A stretch of DNA of 64,000 bases, taken from NCBI GenBank assembly GCA_963807005.1, contig CAWDZK010000001.1:980829-1044828 (forward strand). Direction: 5' to 3'. Source of the stretch: an uncultured Actinomycetota bacterium. GTDB lineage: Bacteria > Actinomycetota > Actinomycetes > JACCUZ01. Each line of letters starts with the position of its first letter. Within the stretch, counting starts at the first letter, position 1. Shown piece by piece: positions 20,204 to 29,423 of the stretch. Below the pieces are notes generated by a model. It worked only from the letters and a program-made list of their open reading frames with translations. It did no database searches and was not told the DNA's origin. The position numbers were made by a program, and so were the translations under genes.

Positions 20204-21091
20204 ATGACGACCGACCAGGAGGCGCAGGGCGGCTCACCGCTCGACCCCGTCCCGATGCAGCCGGTTCCGCCCCCGGAGCGGCGTACCCGGGCCGGGCGCA
20301 ACCTGCCCGCGGCGATCGGGGTCGGCCTGGGTCTCGGCGTGGTCATTCTCGGCACCCTCTTCCTCTGGAAGCCGTCCTTCGTCGTCGTGGTCGTCGCGGC
20401 CGCGGTGCTCGGCGTCTGGGAGCTGGGGCACGCCTTCGCCCAGGACCGGGTGCGGCTCCCGCTCGTGCCCCTGTCGGTGGGCGCCGCGGCGATCGTCGTG
20501 TCGGCGTACGCCGGCGGCAGCGAGGCGATGCTGGTGGCGCTGACGCTCACTGTGCTGGCGGCGATGCTGTGGCGGGCGCCCGAGAACGCGAAGGGGTACG
20601 TCCGCGACGTCAGCGCCGCCATGTTCGCCGCGCTGTACGTGCCCTTCCTCGCCGCCTTCGCGGCGTTGCTGCTGCGAGCCGACGACGGCGCGGACCGCGT
20701 CGTGGTGTTCATCGCGCTGGTCGTGCTCAGCGACATCGGCGGCTACGCCGCCGGCGTCCTGTTCGGCCGGCACCCGATGGCGCCGACCGTCAGCCCGAAG
20801 AAGTCCTGGGAGGGCTTCGCCGGGTCGGCGCTGTTCTGCGCGACCGGGGGAGCGGTCGCCGTGCCCGTGCTGCTCGACGGCATCGCCTGGCAGGGGGCGC
20901 TGATCGGGCTGGCGCTCATGCTCACCGCCACCCTCGGCGACCTCGGCGAGTCACTCATCAAGCGCGATCTCGGCATCAAGGACATGGGCAGCCTGCTCCC
21001 GGGTCACGGCGGCATCATGGACCGCCTCGACTCCCTGCTGCCCGCCGCCCCGGTGGCCTACCTGCTGCTCGCCTGGCTGGTCCCGGCGTGA
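20204..21091 (+). CDS. cdsA: Phosphatidate cytidylyltransferase
   Basis: Multi-TM protein with the SPKKSWEGFAGS and GDLGESLIKRDLGIKDMGSLLPGHGGIMDRLDS CdsA signatures. Confidence 0.9.
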   Translation: MTTDQEAQGGSPLDPVPMQPVPPPERRTRAGRNLPAAIGVGLGLGVVILGTLFLWKPSFVVVVVAAAVLGVWELGHAFAQDRVRLPLVPLSVGAAAIVVSAYAGGSEAMLVALTLTVLAAMLWRAPENAKGYVRDVSAAMFAALYVPFLAAFAALLLRADDGADRVVVFIALVVLSDIGGYAAGVLFGRHPMAPTVSPKKSWEGFAGSALFCATGGAVAVPVLLDGIAWQGALIGLALMLTATLGDLGESLIKRDLGIKDMGSLLPGHGGIMDRLDSLLPAAPVAYLLLAWLVPA

Positions 21092-21106
21092 CCCGAGAGA
21101 GGGACC

Positions 21107-22246
21107 GTGCCCGTCGCCCCCGGTGAGCTCGTGTTCGCCGCCCCCCGCCGCGCCAAGCCGCCGCGCCACCTCGCCGACCTCGCGCCCGGCGAGCGTCGCG
21201 AGGTCGTCGCCGCGCTCGGGGAGAAGCCGTTCCGCGCCGGTCAGCTGGCCACCCACTACTTCGCCCGGCTCGGCGAGGACCCCGAGCAGATGACCGACGT
21301 CCCGAAGGCTTCCCGCTCGAGGCTCGCGGAGGCCCTGCTGCCGGCGCTGCTCACGCCGGTCCGCCACCTCGACTGCGACGGTGGTCGCACCCGCAAGACC
21401 GTGTGGCGGCTCTTCGACGGTGCCACGGTCGAGAGCGTCCTCATGCGCTACCCCGGCCGGGTGACGATGTGCGTCTCGTCCCAGGCCGGCTGCGGCATGA
21501 ACTGCCCGTTCTGCGCGACCGGCCAGGCGGGGCTGACCCGCAACATGTCGGCCGGCGAGATCGTCGACCAGGTCGTGGCGGGCGCCCGCATGCTGCAGAA
21601 CGGCGAGATCGCGGGCGGTCCCGGCCGGGTCTCCAACGTCGTCTTCATGGGCATGGGCGAGCCGATGGCCAACTACAAGGCCGTGATCGGCGCCGTACGC
21701 CGGCTCACCGACCCGTCCCCCGACGGTCTGGGTCTCTCGCAGCGCAACGTCACCGTGTCCACCGTGGGCCTGGTCCCGGCGATGGACAAGCTGACCGCCG
21801 AGGGCCTCAACGTCACCCTTGCGCTGTCCCTGCACGCGCCGGACGACGAGCTGCGTGACGAGCTGGTGCCGGTGAACACCCGGTGGAAGGTCGCCGAGGT
21901 GCTCGACGCCGCACGCCGCTACTTCGAGGTGACCGGGCGACGCGTGAGCATCGAGTACGCGCTGATCCGGGACATCAACGACCACCGGTGGCGGGCCGAC
22001 CTGCTCGGCACCGAGCTCAACCGACGCGGCCGCGGCTGGGTGCACGTCAACCCGATCCCGCTCAACCCCACGCCCGGCTCCAAGTGGACCGCCAGCGACC
22101 ACGACGTCGAGCGCACCTTCGTGGAGCGGCTGCGGGCACACGGCATCCCCACGACGGTCCGCGACACCCGGGGTCGCGAGATCGACGGTGCGTGCGGGCA
22201 GCTGGCAGCGGTCAGCCCTGCGGGCTCACCTGAGGCGTCGGCGTGA
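21107..22246 (+). CDS. rlmN: 23S rRNA (adenine2503-C2)-methyltransferase RlmN (radical SAM)
   Basis: [19 protein letters not shown] radical-SAM CxxxCxxC motif, a later GMGEP motif, and the C-terminal Cys. Confidence 0.9.
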   Translation: MPVAPGELVFAAPRRAKPPRHLADLAPGERREVVAALGEKPFRAGQLATHYFARLGEDPEQMTDVPKASRSRLAEALLPALLTPVRHLDCDGGRTRKTVWRLFDGATVESVLMRYPGRVTMCVSSQAGCGMNCPFCATGQAGLTRNMSAGEIVDQVVAGARMLQNGEIAGGPGRVSNVVFMGMGEPMANYKAVIGAVRRLTDPSPDGLGLSQRNVTVSTVGLVPAMDKLTAEGLNVTLALSLHAPDDELRDELVPVNTRWKVAEVLDAARRYFEVTGRRVSIEYALIRDINDHRWRADLLGTELNRRGRGWVHVNPIPLNPTPGSKWTASDHDVERTFVERLRAHGIPTTVRDTRGREIDGACGQLAAVSPAGSPEASA

Positions 22247-22833
22247 GCCACCACGACCGGTTCCGCCGCGTCGGCCTGCTGCACAAGGGCTACCACCGGC
22301 GGCAGGTCGACGCGTTCCTCAACCACGTCGAGGTGTCGCTGAGCGGCGTCTTCCCGTCCCCGACCGCCAGCGACGTGCGTCAGGCCGGCTTCGAGCTGGT
22401 GCGCAACGGCTACGACGTCGGCGAGGTCGACGACCACCTCGACGCGCTCGAGGAGAAGGTCGTCGCGGCCCAGGGCGTCAGGGGCGGTCGCCGGGGCAAG
22501 GTGGACCCGGCCGCCGACGCCGCATACCTGCGCGAGCTCCTCGACGCGCCGTACATGAGGCGGTTCCCTCGGGCCAGGCTGCTCCGCCGCGGCTACCACG
22601 TCGACGACGTCGACGACTTCGTCGACGCCATCGTGGCCGCTCTCGACGGCGACGGGTCGCTGACCCTCGATGACGTCCGGCAGGTGCCGTTCCGGCCCAA
22701 GCGCGGTGGCTACCGCGAGGATTCCGTCGACGACGCGATGGACCGGGTGATCGAGCACCTGCTGCTCGTGCGCCGGCTCGGCGGCGATCCGGCACCCCGG
22801 CGACCCGACGCGGGTCCGTCCCTCGCCCGGTAG
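22243..22833 (+). CDS. DivIVA-domain protein with two tandem DivIVA N-terminal repeats
   Basis: Two copies of the R-x-GY-x-x-x-VD-x-F(L/V) motif ([18 protein letters not shown] and [16 protein letters not shown]). GTG overlaps the rlmN stop (GTGA). Confidence 0.7.
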   Translation: MSHHDRFRRVGLLHKGYHRRQVDAFLNHVEVSLSGVFPSPTASDVRQAGFELVRNGYDVGEVDDHLDALEEKVVAAQGVRGGRRGKVDPAADAAYLRELLDAPYMRRFPRARLLRRGYHVDDVDDFVDAIVAALDGDGSLTLDDVRQVPFRPKRGGYREDSVDDAMDRVIEHLLLVRRLGGDPAPRRPDAGPSLAR

Positions 22834-22856
22834 CCCGCCGTCCCGTTTGACCGTCG

Positions 22857-22920
22857 ACTGGCGGAGGTCTTCGGTTGTCAGCCGCCGCCGGCTGAACACT
22901 TCCGCCAGTCGACGGGGGTA
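22857..22920. terminator. Long imperfect inverted repeat (ccgtcgactggcggaggtcttcgg / ctgaacacttccgccagtcgacgg) between convergent genes
   Basis: About 24-nt arms with 3 mismatches and a 16-nt loop, read from the sequence. Lies between the DivIVA-domain gene (+) and the Rieske operon (-). Confidence 0.4.
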
Positions 22921-22933
22921 GTTGCCGCGTCGG

Positions 22934-23014
22934 TCAGGACAGGGCGACCAGGGCTCCGATGGCGAGGCCGAGGGCGAGCAGCCAGAGCAGCGTCGGCAGC
23001 GACCGAGGCGACAC
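22934..23014 (-). CDS. Hypothetical 26-aa single-TM micro-protein (VSPRSLPTLLWLLALGLAIGALVALS)
   Basis: GTG start 8 nt after AGGAGG. Starts 2 nt downstream of the inferred Rieske stop. Entirely hydrophobic. Low certainty because high-GC codons produce L/A/G runs spuriously. Confidence 0.3.
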   Translation of the reverse strand: MSPRSLPTLLWLLALGLAIGALVALS

Positions 23015-23015
23015 C

Positions 23016-23473
23016 TCACGCACCTCCTGCCAGCGACACCGATCCGTCGACGACCGTCGACGTCGACCGGCGGCAAGGGCGTCGTCGCCGGCCCGCTGAT
23101 CACGGCGCCGGTCGCGGCGTCGAAGACGCTGTCGTGGCACGGGCAGGTGATCTCGCCGTCGGCGACGACGTCGACCGTGCAGCCCTGGTGGGTGCAGGTC
23201 GCGGAGAACCCGCGGACCTGCTCGCCGGAGCGCGTCAGCACGATGTGCTCGTCCGCCAGCACCAGCCCGCCGCCGTCCGGGACGTCGGCGAGCGGAGCCA
23301 GGACCGTTCCGGTGCTTGCCGTCCGGTGCCGGGCCGTACGCGTTCGCGGCCGCGGCGGCACCGGTGCCCCGGGCCGCGTCGCTGCTACGCGCGAGCGCGA
23401 ACCCGACCACGGCGCCCACGAGGACGACGCCCGAGCCGCGCAGCACGTTGCGACGGGTGGGAGGAGACGTCAT
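23016..23473 (-). pseudogene. TAT-signal Rieske [2Fe-2S] domain protein, disrupted by two apparent +1 frameshifts
   Basis: Frame A: MTSPPTRRNVLRGSGVVLVGAVVGFALA (twin-arginine signal). Frame B: Rieske core CTHQGC...CPCH. Frame C: ...VVDGSVSLAGGA stop, a typical Rieske C-terminus. ATG 23473 overlaps the stop of the upstream membrane gene (ATGA). Confidence 0.65.
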
Positions 23474-24039
23474 GTCAGCGGCACCCCCGACCGGGTGAAG
23501 AACCACAGCGCCGAGGTCAGCCACACCAGCACGAAGGTGCTCAGCACGGTACCGCCGAGCACTGGCAGCGACCAGCCGGGCAGCCCGCGCACCCGGAGGC
23601 CGAGCATCTTCGCCGCGTAGGCGCCGTAGAACAGGCAGCCGGCCAGCCCGTGCACCAGCACCCGAGTGCTGCCGGTGCCGAAGCCGAGCGCCCAGATGCA
23701 GTGCAGCGCGACCGGCAGCGAGACCGTGAACGCCGTCGCCCCCGACCACCGGTGCACCGGTCCGACCCATGACGGCGCGCGCTGCGAAGCGCCCGGCAGC
23801 CGGCCCCACATCCACAGCGCCGTCGCGAGCTGGACCAGGACCAGGACGGCCGTGACGGTCGACAGCCAGGCCTTCATCTGCAGCATGCCGGAGAAGCCGA
23901 ACGTCGCGAACGGCCGCGCCGCCGGGTCGTGCAGCCCGGCGTACGCGCCGACGGCGACGGCGACAGCGGCGCCGAGCAGGACCACCAGCAGTCCCGCTGG
24001 CCGCTCGACCGACACCCGCTGCTGGGTGGTCTGACTCAC
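23470..24039 (-). CDS. Conserved 4-TM membrane protein with conserved His residues (putative redox partner of the Rieske protein)
   Basis: 189 aa. GTG start preceded by GGAGG. Four hydrophobic helices. His in GLHDPA, PVHRWSG, ALHCIW and LVHGLAGC. Translationally coupled to the Rieske gene. Confidence 0.6.
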   Translation of the reverse strand: MSQTTQQRVSVERPAGLLVVLLGAAVAVAVGAYAGLHDPAARPFATFGFSGMLQMKAWLSTVTAVLVLVQLATALWMWGRLPGASQRAPSWVGPVHRWSGATAFTVSLPVALHCIWALGFGTGSTRVLVHGLAGCLFYGAYAAKMLGLRVRGLPGWSLPVLGGTVLSTFVLVWLTSALWFFTRSGVPLT

Positions 24040-24221
24040 CGGCCTCACCTCGGAGACCACTCTCGCCGGTCCGGGAGGCGCTCGGCAACAGCCGGGGACC
24101 GCGAGGCCGTGCACCGGCCGTGGCCCCAGCACCGACGACGGCGAAACGCCGTGCAGTGGAGCTCGGGGGCCGGGTGTCGGCGGTTGAGCCGTCGTTGGTG
24201 TCGCGGGTCCGGGAGACCAGG

Positions 24222-24995
24222 TCAGCGGTAGCGGCGGGCGGCGGCCACCGCCTGCGCCCCGTAGCCGCTGCCGAACAGCGCGGCGTGCACGAGCAGGGGG
24301 TGCAGCTGGTGCAGCGCGACCCGCTCGCGCCAGCCGTCGTCGAGCGGCCAGGCCTCGTCGTACGCCGCAAGCACCCGGTCGAGGTGCGGCAGGCCGAACA
24401 GGTCGAGCATCGCCAGGTCGGTCTCCCGGTGGCCGCCGTGCGCCGCCGGGTCGACCAGCACCGGCCCGTCGGCCGACCACAGCACGTTGCCCGCCCACAG
24501 GTCGCCGTGCAGCCGCGCGGGTACGGCGTCGGGCACGCCGAGGGAGCCGGCGCGCAGCCGCTCGACCACCCGGTCGACCACACCCGCGCCGTCCGCGTCC
24601 AGCGCACCCCGGTCGCTTGCCGGCCGGACGTACGGCGTCAGCCGGCACTGCGCGTAGAAGGCTTGCCACGACGTCCCGGCGGCCGTCAGGTGCGGCAGAG
24701 GGAGCGTCGCGATGAACCCGTCGCCGGCCCAGCCCGCCGGTGCCGAGCCGTGGTGCGCCGCCCCCGCCCGGTGCACCTCGGCCAGCCCCCGGCCGAGGGC
24801 CTCCGCCGCCGCGGGGCTCGGCGGGACCTCACCGACCCGCTCCAGCACGATCCGGTCCGCGGCGACATCGATCACGGCCGGCACCCGCAGGGCGCCGGCA
24901 GCACCCAGCCAGGCGAGGCCGGCCGCCTCCACGGCGAAGAACCCAGGTGGCGCGTCCGGCCGGGTCTTGGTGAACGTCACCGGCCCTGCCGTCAC
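24222..24995 (-). CDS. Fructosamine/ketosamine-3-kinase family protein
   Basis: LHGDLWAGNVLW...DPAAHGGHRETDLAMLDLFG is the FN3K/aminoglycoside-kinase-like catalytic region. GTG overlaps the upstream stop (GTGA). Confidence 0.8.
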   Translation of the reverse strand: MTAGPVTFTKTRPDAPPGFFAVEAAGLAWLGAAGALRVPAVIDVAADRIVLERVGEVPPSPAAAEALGRGLAEVHRAGAAHHGSAPAGWAGDGFIATLPLPHLTAAGTSWQAFYAQCRLTPYVRPASDRGALDADGAGVVDRVVERLRAGSLGVPDAVPARLHGDLWAGNVLWSADGPVLVDPAAHGGHRETDLAMLDLFGLPHLDRVLAAYDEAWPLDDGWRERVALHQLHPLLVHAALFGSGYGAQAVAAARRYR

Positions 24996-25393
24996 CCGAC
25001 GACCGTCGAGTCGCCCAGCACCCGGTCCACGGCGACGACGAGCACCACCCGCTGCGGGTTGGGCCGCGGCACCCGGTAGCGCTCGGCGTACCGCCGCTCG
25101 GCCTCGGCGACCGACTCGGCGTCCTCCAGCACCGACGCCGACCCCTCCAGGGACAGCCAGCGCCGGCGCTCGACCTGGCAGAGCACGGCCCGCGACCCGG
25201 CTGCTGCGTGCCGGACCTTGCTCGTCGTCCGGCTGGCGATCACCCGGGCCAGCCGGTGCTCGGGGTCCCAGGTGAAGCCGACCGGCACCACGTGCGGGGT
25301 CCCGTCGGCGCGCAGCGTCGTGAGCGTCGCCAGGTGTCGCTCGGCGAGGAACTGGAGCGCGGCCGCCGGTAGGCCGTCCGGCTGCAACGCCAC
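24992..25393 (-). CDS. PPOX-class F420-dependent enzyme family protein (pyridoxamine 5-prime-phosphate oxidase-like split barrel)
   Basis: 132 aa with LATLTTLRADGTPHVVPVGFTWD. GTG at 25393 is 1 nt after the LMW-PTP stop. Confidence 0.7.
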   Translation of the reverse strand: MALQPDGLPAAALQFLAERHLATLTTLRADGTPHVVPVGFTWDPEHRLARVIASRTTSKVRHAAAGSRAVLCQVERRRWLSLEGSASVLEDAESVAEAERRYAERYRVPRPNPQRVVLVVAVDRVLGDSTVVG

Positions 25394-25394
25394 G

Positions 25395-25922
25395 TCAGAC
25401 CCGGTCCGGCAGCACGGCGGCCACCGCGTCGAGCAGGCCGCGGCACGCGCGCTGCACCTGGTCCAGCACCTCGACGAACCCGCGCTCGTCACCGAAGTAC
25501 GGGTCAGCCACCTCGGCGCCGTCCGGTGCGTCCGGGTCGAAGGACCGCAGCAGCCGAACCCGGCCCCGCTGCTCGTCGGTCCCGGCCATGGCCCGTAGCT
25601 CGTGCAGGTGCCCGCGGTCCAGCGCCAGGACGAGGTCGCGGTCGGCCAGCCACGCCGGCTCGAACATCCGGGCCCGGTGCCCGCGCCCGTCGTACCCGCC
25701 ACCTGCCAGCACCGCCAACGCCCTGCTGTCGGCCGGGTCCCCGACGTGGAAGGCCACCGTTCCCGCCGAGTCGACCTGCACCCGCGGGGCCAGGCCGGCG
25801 TCGTCGACGAGCCGTTGCATCACCACTGCAGCCATCGGCGACCGGCAGATGTTGCCGCTGCACACGAAGCAGAGACGGTACGTCGCTCCGCGCGGCGTCG
25901 GGACGTCGGGACGGTGGCTCAT
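25395..25922 (-). CDS. Low-molecular-weight protein-tyrosine phosphatase
   Basis: P-loop C-x5-R: LCFVCSGNICRSPMAA, plus a later DP motif. ATG at 25922 lies inside the long ORF 25395-27539. Confidence 0.88.
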   Translation of the reverse strand: MSHRPDVPTPRGATYRLCFVCSGNICRSPMAAVVMQRLVDDAGLAPRVQVDSAGTVAFHVGDPADSRALAVLAGGGYDGRGHRARMFEPAWLADRDLVLALDRGHLHELRAMAGTDEQRGRVRLLRSFDPDAPDGAEVADPYFGDERGFVEVLDQVQRACRGLLDAVAAVLPDRV

Positions 25923-25975
25923 GCCCCCATCGTCGCAAGGCGGCGGTACCGCTGGCGCGGGGGCCGCCTCGCCGG

Positions 25976-27371
25976 TCAGCGACCGAGCACCCGCTCCATC
26001 AGCGCGGCCCGCCGTGACGGCCGACCGGACCGCGCCTCCTCGGCGTCCGCGCCCGTCATCACCTTCAGCGACGCGTTCACCCCGAGCCAGCGCAGCGGCT
26101 CCGGCTCCCAGGGCCGGGAGCGGTGTCCCACCCACGGCAGGTGTGTCAGGTCGGTGTCCCGCCGCAGGACCAGGTCGGCAAGGGTCCGGCCGGCCAGGTT
26201 CGTGGTGGACACGCCGTCGCCGACGTAGCCTCCGGCCCAGCCCAGTCCGGTGCGGACGGTCGAGGCCGACCGAGGCGCACCAGTCGCGGGCGATGCCGAC
26301 GGCCCCGCCCCACGCGTGGGTGAACGCCGCGCCCTCGACGGCCGGGAGCAGGTCGACCAGGGTGCGGTGCAGCGCGGCGAACACGGCAGGGTCGTGGTCC
26401 TGCTCCGGCCGCATCCGCGAGCCCATGCGGTACGGCGCCCCGCGGCCACCGAAGGCGAGCCGCCCGTCGACCGTGCGCTGGCCGTAGACGACCAGGTGCC
26501 GGAAGTCGCTGAACGTCTCCCGCTCCCGCAGGCCGATCCGGTCCCAGACGGCGGGCGGCAGCGGCTCGGTCGCGACCATCAGCGAGTAGACCGGTGCCAG
26601 GTCACGACGCATCCCGGGCAGGCCGGCGGTGAAGGCCTCGGTGGCCCGGACGACCACCTCGGCCCGGACCGTGCCGAGCGGCGTGACCGCAGCCCGCGGC
26701 TCGATCGCGGTCACCGGGGTGTGCTCGTAGACGCGCACACCGCGCCGCTCGACGGCGGCCGCCAGGCCCCGTGCCAGCCGCGCCGGGTGGATCGCTGCGC
26801 AGTGCGGGGTGTACGTCGCGCCGAGCACGTCGGCGGCCTGCAGCCGTCCGCGTGCCTCGTCGGCGTCGAGCAGGGCGAGGTCGTCCTCGCCGAACCCCCA
26901 GGTGCGTGCCTCGGCCACCTCTGCACGGGCCCGGTCCAGCTGGACCGGGGTCCGGGCGGCGACGACGGTGCCGCCCTTGGCGTAGTGGCACTCGATGCCC
27001 TCGCCGGCAGCCACGGTGCCGACCTCGTCGACCGCACCCTGCATCGCCCGGTGCTGGGCCACCGCCCGGTCGCGGCCGTAGCGCTGCGCCAGCCACCCGA
27101 GCGATGCCGGGAACAGCGCCGAGCACCAGCCGCCGTTGCGCCCGCTGGCCCCGAAGCCGGCGATCTCTCGCTCCAGCACCGCGATCCGCAGCGTCGGGTC
27201 GGCGACCGCCAGGTAGTAGGCCGTCCAGAGCCCGGTGTAGCCGCCTCCGACGATCGCGACGTCGACGTCGAGGTCCCCGCCGAGCGCCGCGCGGGCCGCC
27301 AGCTCCTCCCCGGCGGTGTCGTGCCAGAGCGACAGCCGGCGGTAGTCGGTGCCGGCCGGACTCGTGGTCAT
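25976..27371 (-). pseudogene. DAO-family FAD-dependent oxidoreductase (gamma-glutamylputrescine-oxidase-like) with an apparent +1 frameshift near 26240-26250
   Basis: N-terminus VAIVGGGYTGLWTAYYLA (FAD GxGxxG) up to ...FTHAWGGAVGIARDWCASVGLDR in one frame. The C-terminus TGLGWAGGYVGDGVSTTNLAGRTLADL...LMERVLGR stop at 25976 is in the +1 frame. ATG 27371 overlaps the upstream stop. Confidence 0.7.
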
Positions 27372-28024
27372 CGGGTCCACGAGGCGACGTACGACGGCAC
27401 CGGGGGAGAGCCGCGCAGGTCCGGAGCCGGTCGCGGTGCACCGGCCACCTCGTGCAGCGGCACGACGCCGGCCCAGACCGGGAGGTCGAGGTCCTCGGCC
27501 GCGTCGTCCGGCGGCCCGTCGCTCACCTTGACCGACCACTCCGACAGGGGCAGCGAGAGCACGAGGGTCGCCGCGAGCTCCTTGCGGTTCGGCTGCCGGG
27601 CGTCGGCCCAGCGTCCCGGCAACAGGTGCTCGGTGACCCGTTCCAGCGCGGCCACCTGGGCGTCGCCCTCGAGCACGGTCGCGACCCCGAGCACCATCGC
27701 GCAGCGGTAGTGCATCGAGGACTCGAACACCGACCGGGCCGCGAGCAGCCCGTCGAGCAGGGTGACGGTCAGGCAGGTGGGCGCGCCCTGGGCCAGGCCG
27801 CGGAACAGCCGGCTGCCGGTGGAGCCGTGGAAGAGGACCTGGTCGCCGTCGCGCGCGTACGCGACGGGAACGACGTACGGCTGGCCCGGCGACCCGTCGG
27901 AGCCACCCGGGTCCGCGACGGCGACGTGCGCGACCCGGCCGGCGTCGAGGACCGCGTCGAGCACGCCGCGGTCCTGCACCTGCTTCTCCGGCAGCCGCCG
28001 GACCGTGGTCCGGTCGGTGGTCAT
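27368..28024 (-). CDS. Pyridoxamine 5-prime-phosphate oxidase family protein (FMN-binding split barrel, Pyridox_ox_2-like)
   Basis: 218 aa. ATG at 28024, 4 nt after the aminotransferase stop. The stop overlaps the downstream ATG (ATGA). Confidence 0.65.
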   Translation of the reverse strand: MTTDRTTVRRLPEKQVQDRGVLDAVLDAGRVAHVAVADPGGSDGSPGQPYVVPVAYARDGDQVLFHGSTGSRLFRGLAQGAPTCLTVTLLDGLLAARSVFESSMHYRCAMVLGVATVLEGDAQVAALERVTEHLLPGRWADARQPNRKELAATLVLSLPLSEWSVKVSDGPPDDAAEDLDLPVWAGVVPLHEVAGAPRPAPDLRGSPPVPSYVASWTR

Positions 28025-28028
28025 CTGC

Positions 28029-29423
28029 TCAGAGCCGCGACCAGGCCTCGGTGAGCACCGAGCGCAGGATCTGCTCCATCTCGTCGAAGTGCGACTGGTC
28101 GCAGACCAGCGGCGGGGACAGCTGGATGACGGGGTCGCCGCGGTCGTCGGCACGGCAGTAGAGACCCGCCTCGAACAGCGCCTTGGACAGGAACCCGCGC
28201 AGCAGTCGCTCGGCCTCGTCGTCGTCGAACGTCTCGCGAGTCGCCTTGTCCTTGACCATCTCGATGCCGAAGAAGAAGCCGTCGCCGCGCACGTCGCCGA
28301 CGATCGGCAGGTCGGTGAGCTTCTCCAGCGTCCGCCGGAAGTCACCGGTGGTGTCGCGGACGTGCTCGTTGAGCTTCTCGCGCTCGAAGATGTCGAGGTT
28401 GGCCAGCGCCACCGCGGCCGACACCGGGTGACCGCCGAAGGTGTAGCCGTGGGCGAAGGCGGTGTTGCCCTTGAGGAAGGGCTCCATGATCCGGTCGGTC
28501 GCGATCATGGCACCGATCGGCGAGTAGCCGGAGGTCATGCCCTTGGCGCAGGTGACGATGTCCGGCTGGTAGCCGAAGCGTTCGGACCCGAAGTAGTACC
28601 CGAGCCGTCCGAAGGCGCAGATGACCTCGTCGGACACCAGCAGCACGTCGTAGCGGTCGCAGATCTCGCGGACCCGGGCGAAGTAGTTGGGCGGCGGCGG
28701 GAAGCAGCCACCGGAGTTCTGCACCGGCTCGAGGAACACGGCAGCCACCGTGTCAGGACCTTCGAACTCGATCGCCTCGGCGATCCGGTCGGCGGCCCAG
28801 AGACCGAAGGCCTCGAGGTCGTCGCCGTGCTCGGTCGCCCGGTAGAAGTTGGTGTTGGGCACCTTGTGGGCCCCGGGCACCAGCGGCTCGAACATCGCCT
28901 TGGCGTCCGGGATACCGGTGATCGACAGTGCCCCCTGCGGGGTGCCGTGGTAGGCGATCGACCGGCTGATCACCTTGTGCTTCAACGGCTTGCCGATGAG
29001 CTTGTAGTACTGCTTGGCGACCTTCCAGGCCGACTCGACCGCTTCGCCGCCGCCGGTGGTGAAGAACACCCGGTTGAGGTCGCCCGGTGCGAGGTGGGCC
29101 AGCCGCTCGGCGAGCTCGATCGCCTTCGGGTGCGCGTAGGACCACAGCGGGAAGAAGGCGAGCTCGCTGGCCTGCTTGGCGGCCACCTCGGCGAGCTCGG
29201 TCCGGCCGTGTCCGGCCTGCACGACGAACAGGCCGGCGAGACCGTCGAGGTAGCGCTTGCCCGAGGCGTCCCACACGTAGGGGCCTTCCCCACGCGTGAT
29301 GACCGGCACGTCGACGTTCTGGTACGCGCCCATCCGGGTGAAGTGCATCCACAGGTGGTCGCGGGCCGAGGCGGCCAGGGCCGCCGAGTCGAAGGCGGTG
29401 GTGGGTTCGGTGGTCAGGGTCAT
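28029..29423 (-). CDS. Class-III (omega) aminotransferase, putrescine/diamine aminotransferase-like
   Basis: 464 aa. PLP fold-type I class III (GEGPYVWDASGKRYLDGLAGLFVVQAGHG, SGYSPIGAM). ATG overlaps the Lrp stop (ATGA). Confidence 0.85.
   Translation of the reverse strand: MTLTTEPTTAFDSAALAASARDHLWMHFTRMGAYQNVDVPVITRGEGPYVWDASGKRYLDGLAGLFVVQAGHGRTELAEVAAKQASELAFFPLWSYAHPKAIELAERLAHLAPGDLNRVFFTTGGGEAVESAWKVAKQYYKLIGKPLKHKVISRSIAYHGTPQGALSITGIPDAKAMFEPLVPGAHKVPNTNFYRATEHGDDLEAFGLWAADRIAEAIEFEGPDTVAAVFLEPVQNSGGCFPPPPNYFARVREICDRYDVLLVSDEVICAFGRLGYYFGSERFGYQPDIVTCAKGMTSGYSPIGAMIATDRIMEPFLKGNTAFAHGYTFGGHPVSAAVALANLDIFEREKLNEHVRDTTGDFRRTLEKLTDLPIVGDVRGDGFFFGIEMVKDKATRETFDDDEAERLLRGFLSKALFEAGLYCRADDRGDPVIQLSPPLVCDQSHFDEMEQILRSVLTEAWSRL

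Noticed and set aside
22934-24607. 557-aa minus-strand ORF spanning the Rieske/membrane-protein locus
   Set aside because: It is a composite of the Rieske signal peptide frame plus out-of-frame read-through of the upstream membrane gene. The real genes are 23016-23473 and 23470-24039.
26224-26260. Shared peptide RTGLG in both frames at the FAD-oxidase frameshift site, which could suggest a duplicated segment
   Set aside because: It arises by coincidence from the ggactgggctgggcc nucleotide run read in two frames. It is not a DNA duplication.
25395-27539. Single 714-aa ORF suggesting a fused FAD-oxidase-LMW-PTP protein
   Set aside because: The FAD-oxidase C-terminus continues in the +1 frame and terminates at 25976. 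The fusion reading is a frameshift read-through artefact. The LMW-PTP has its own ATG at 25922 after a 53-nt gap.
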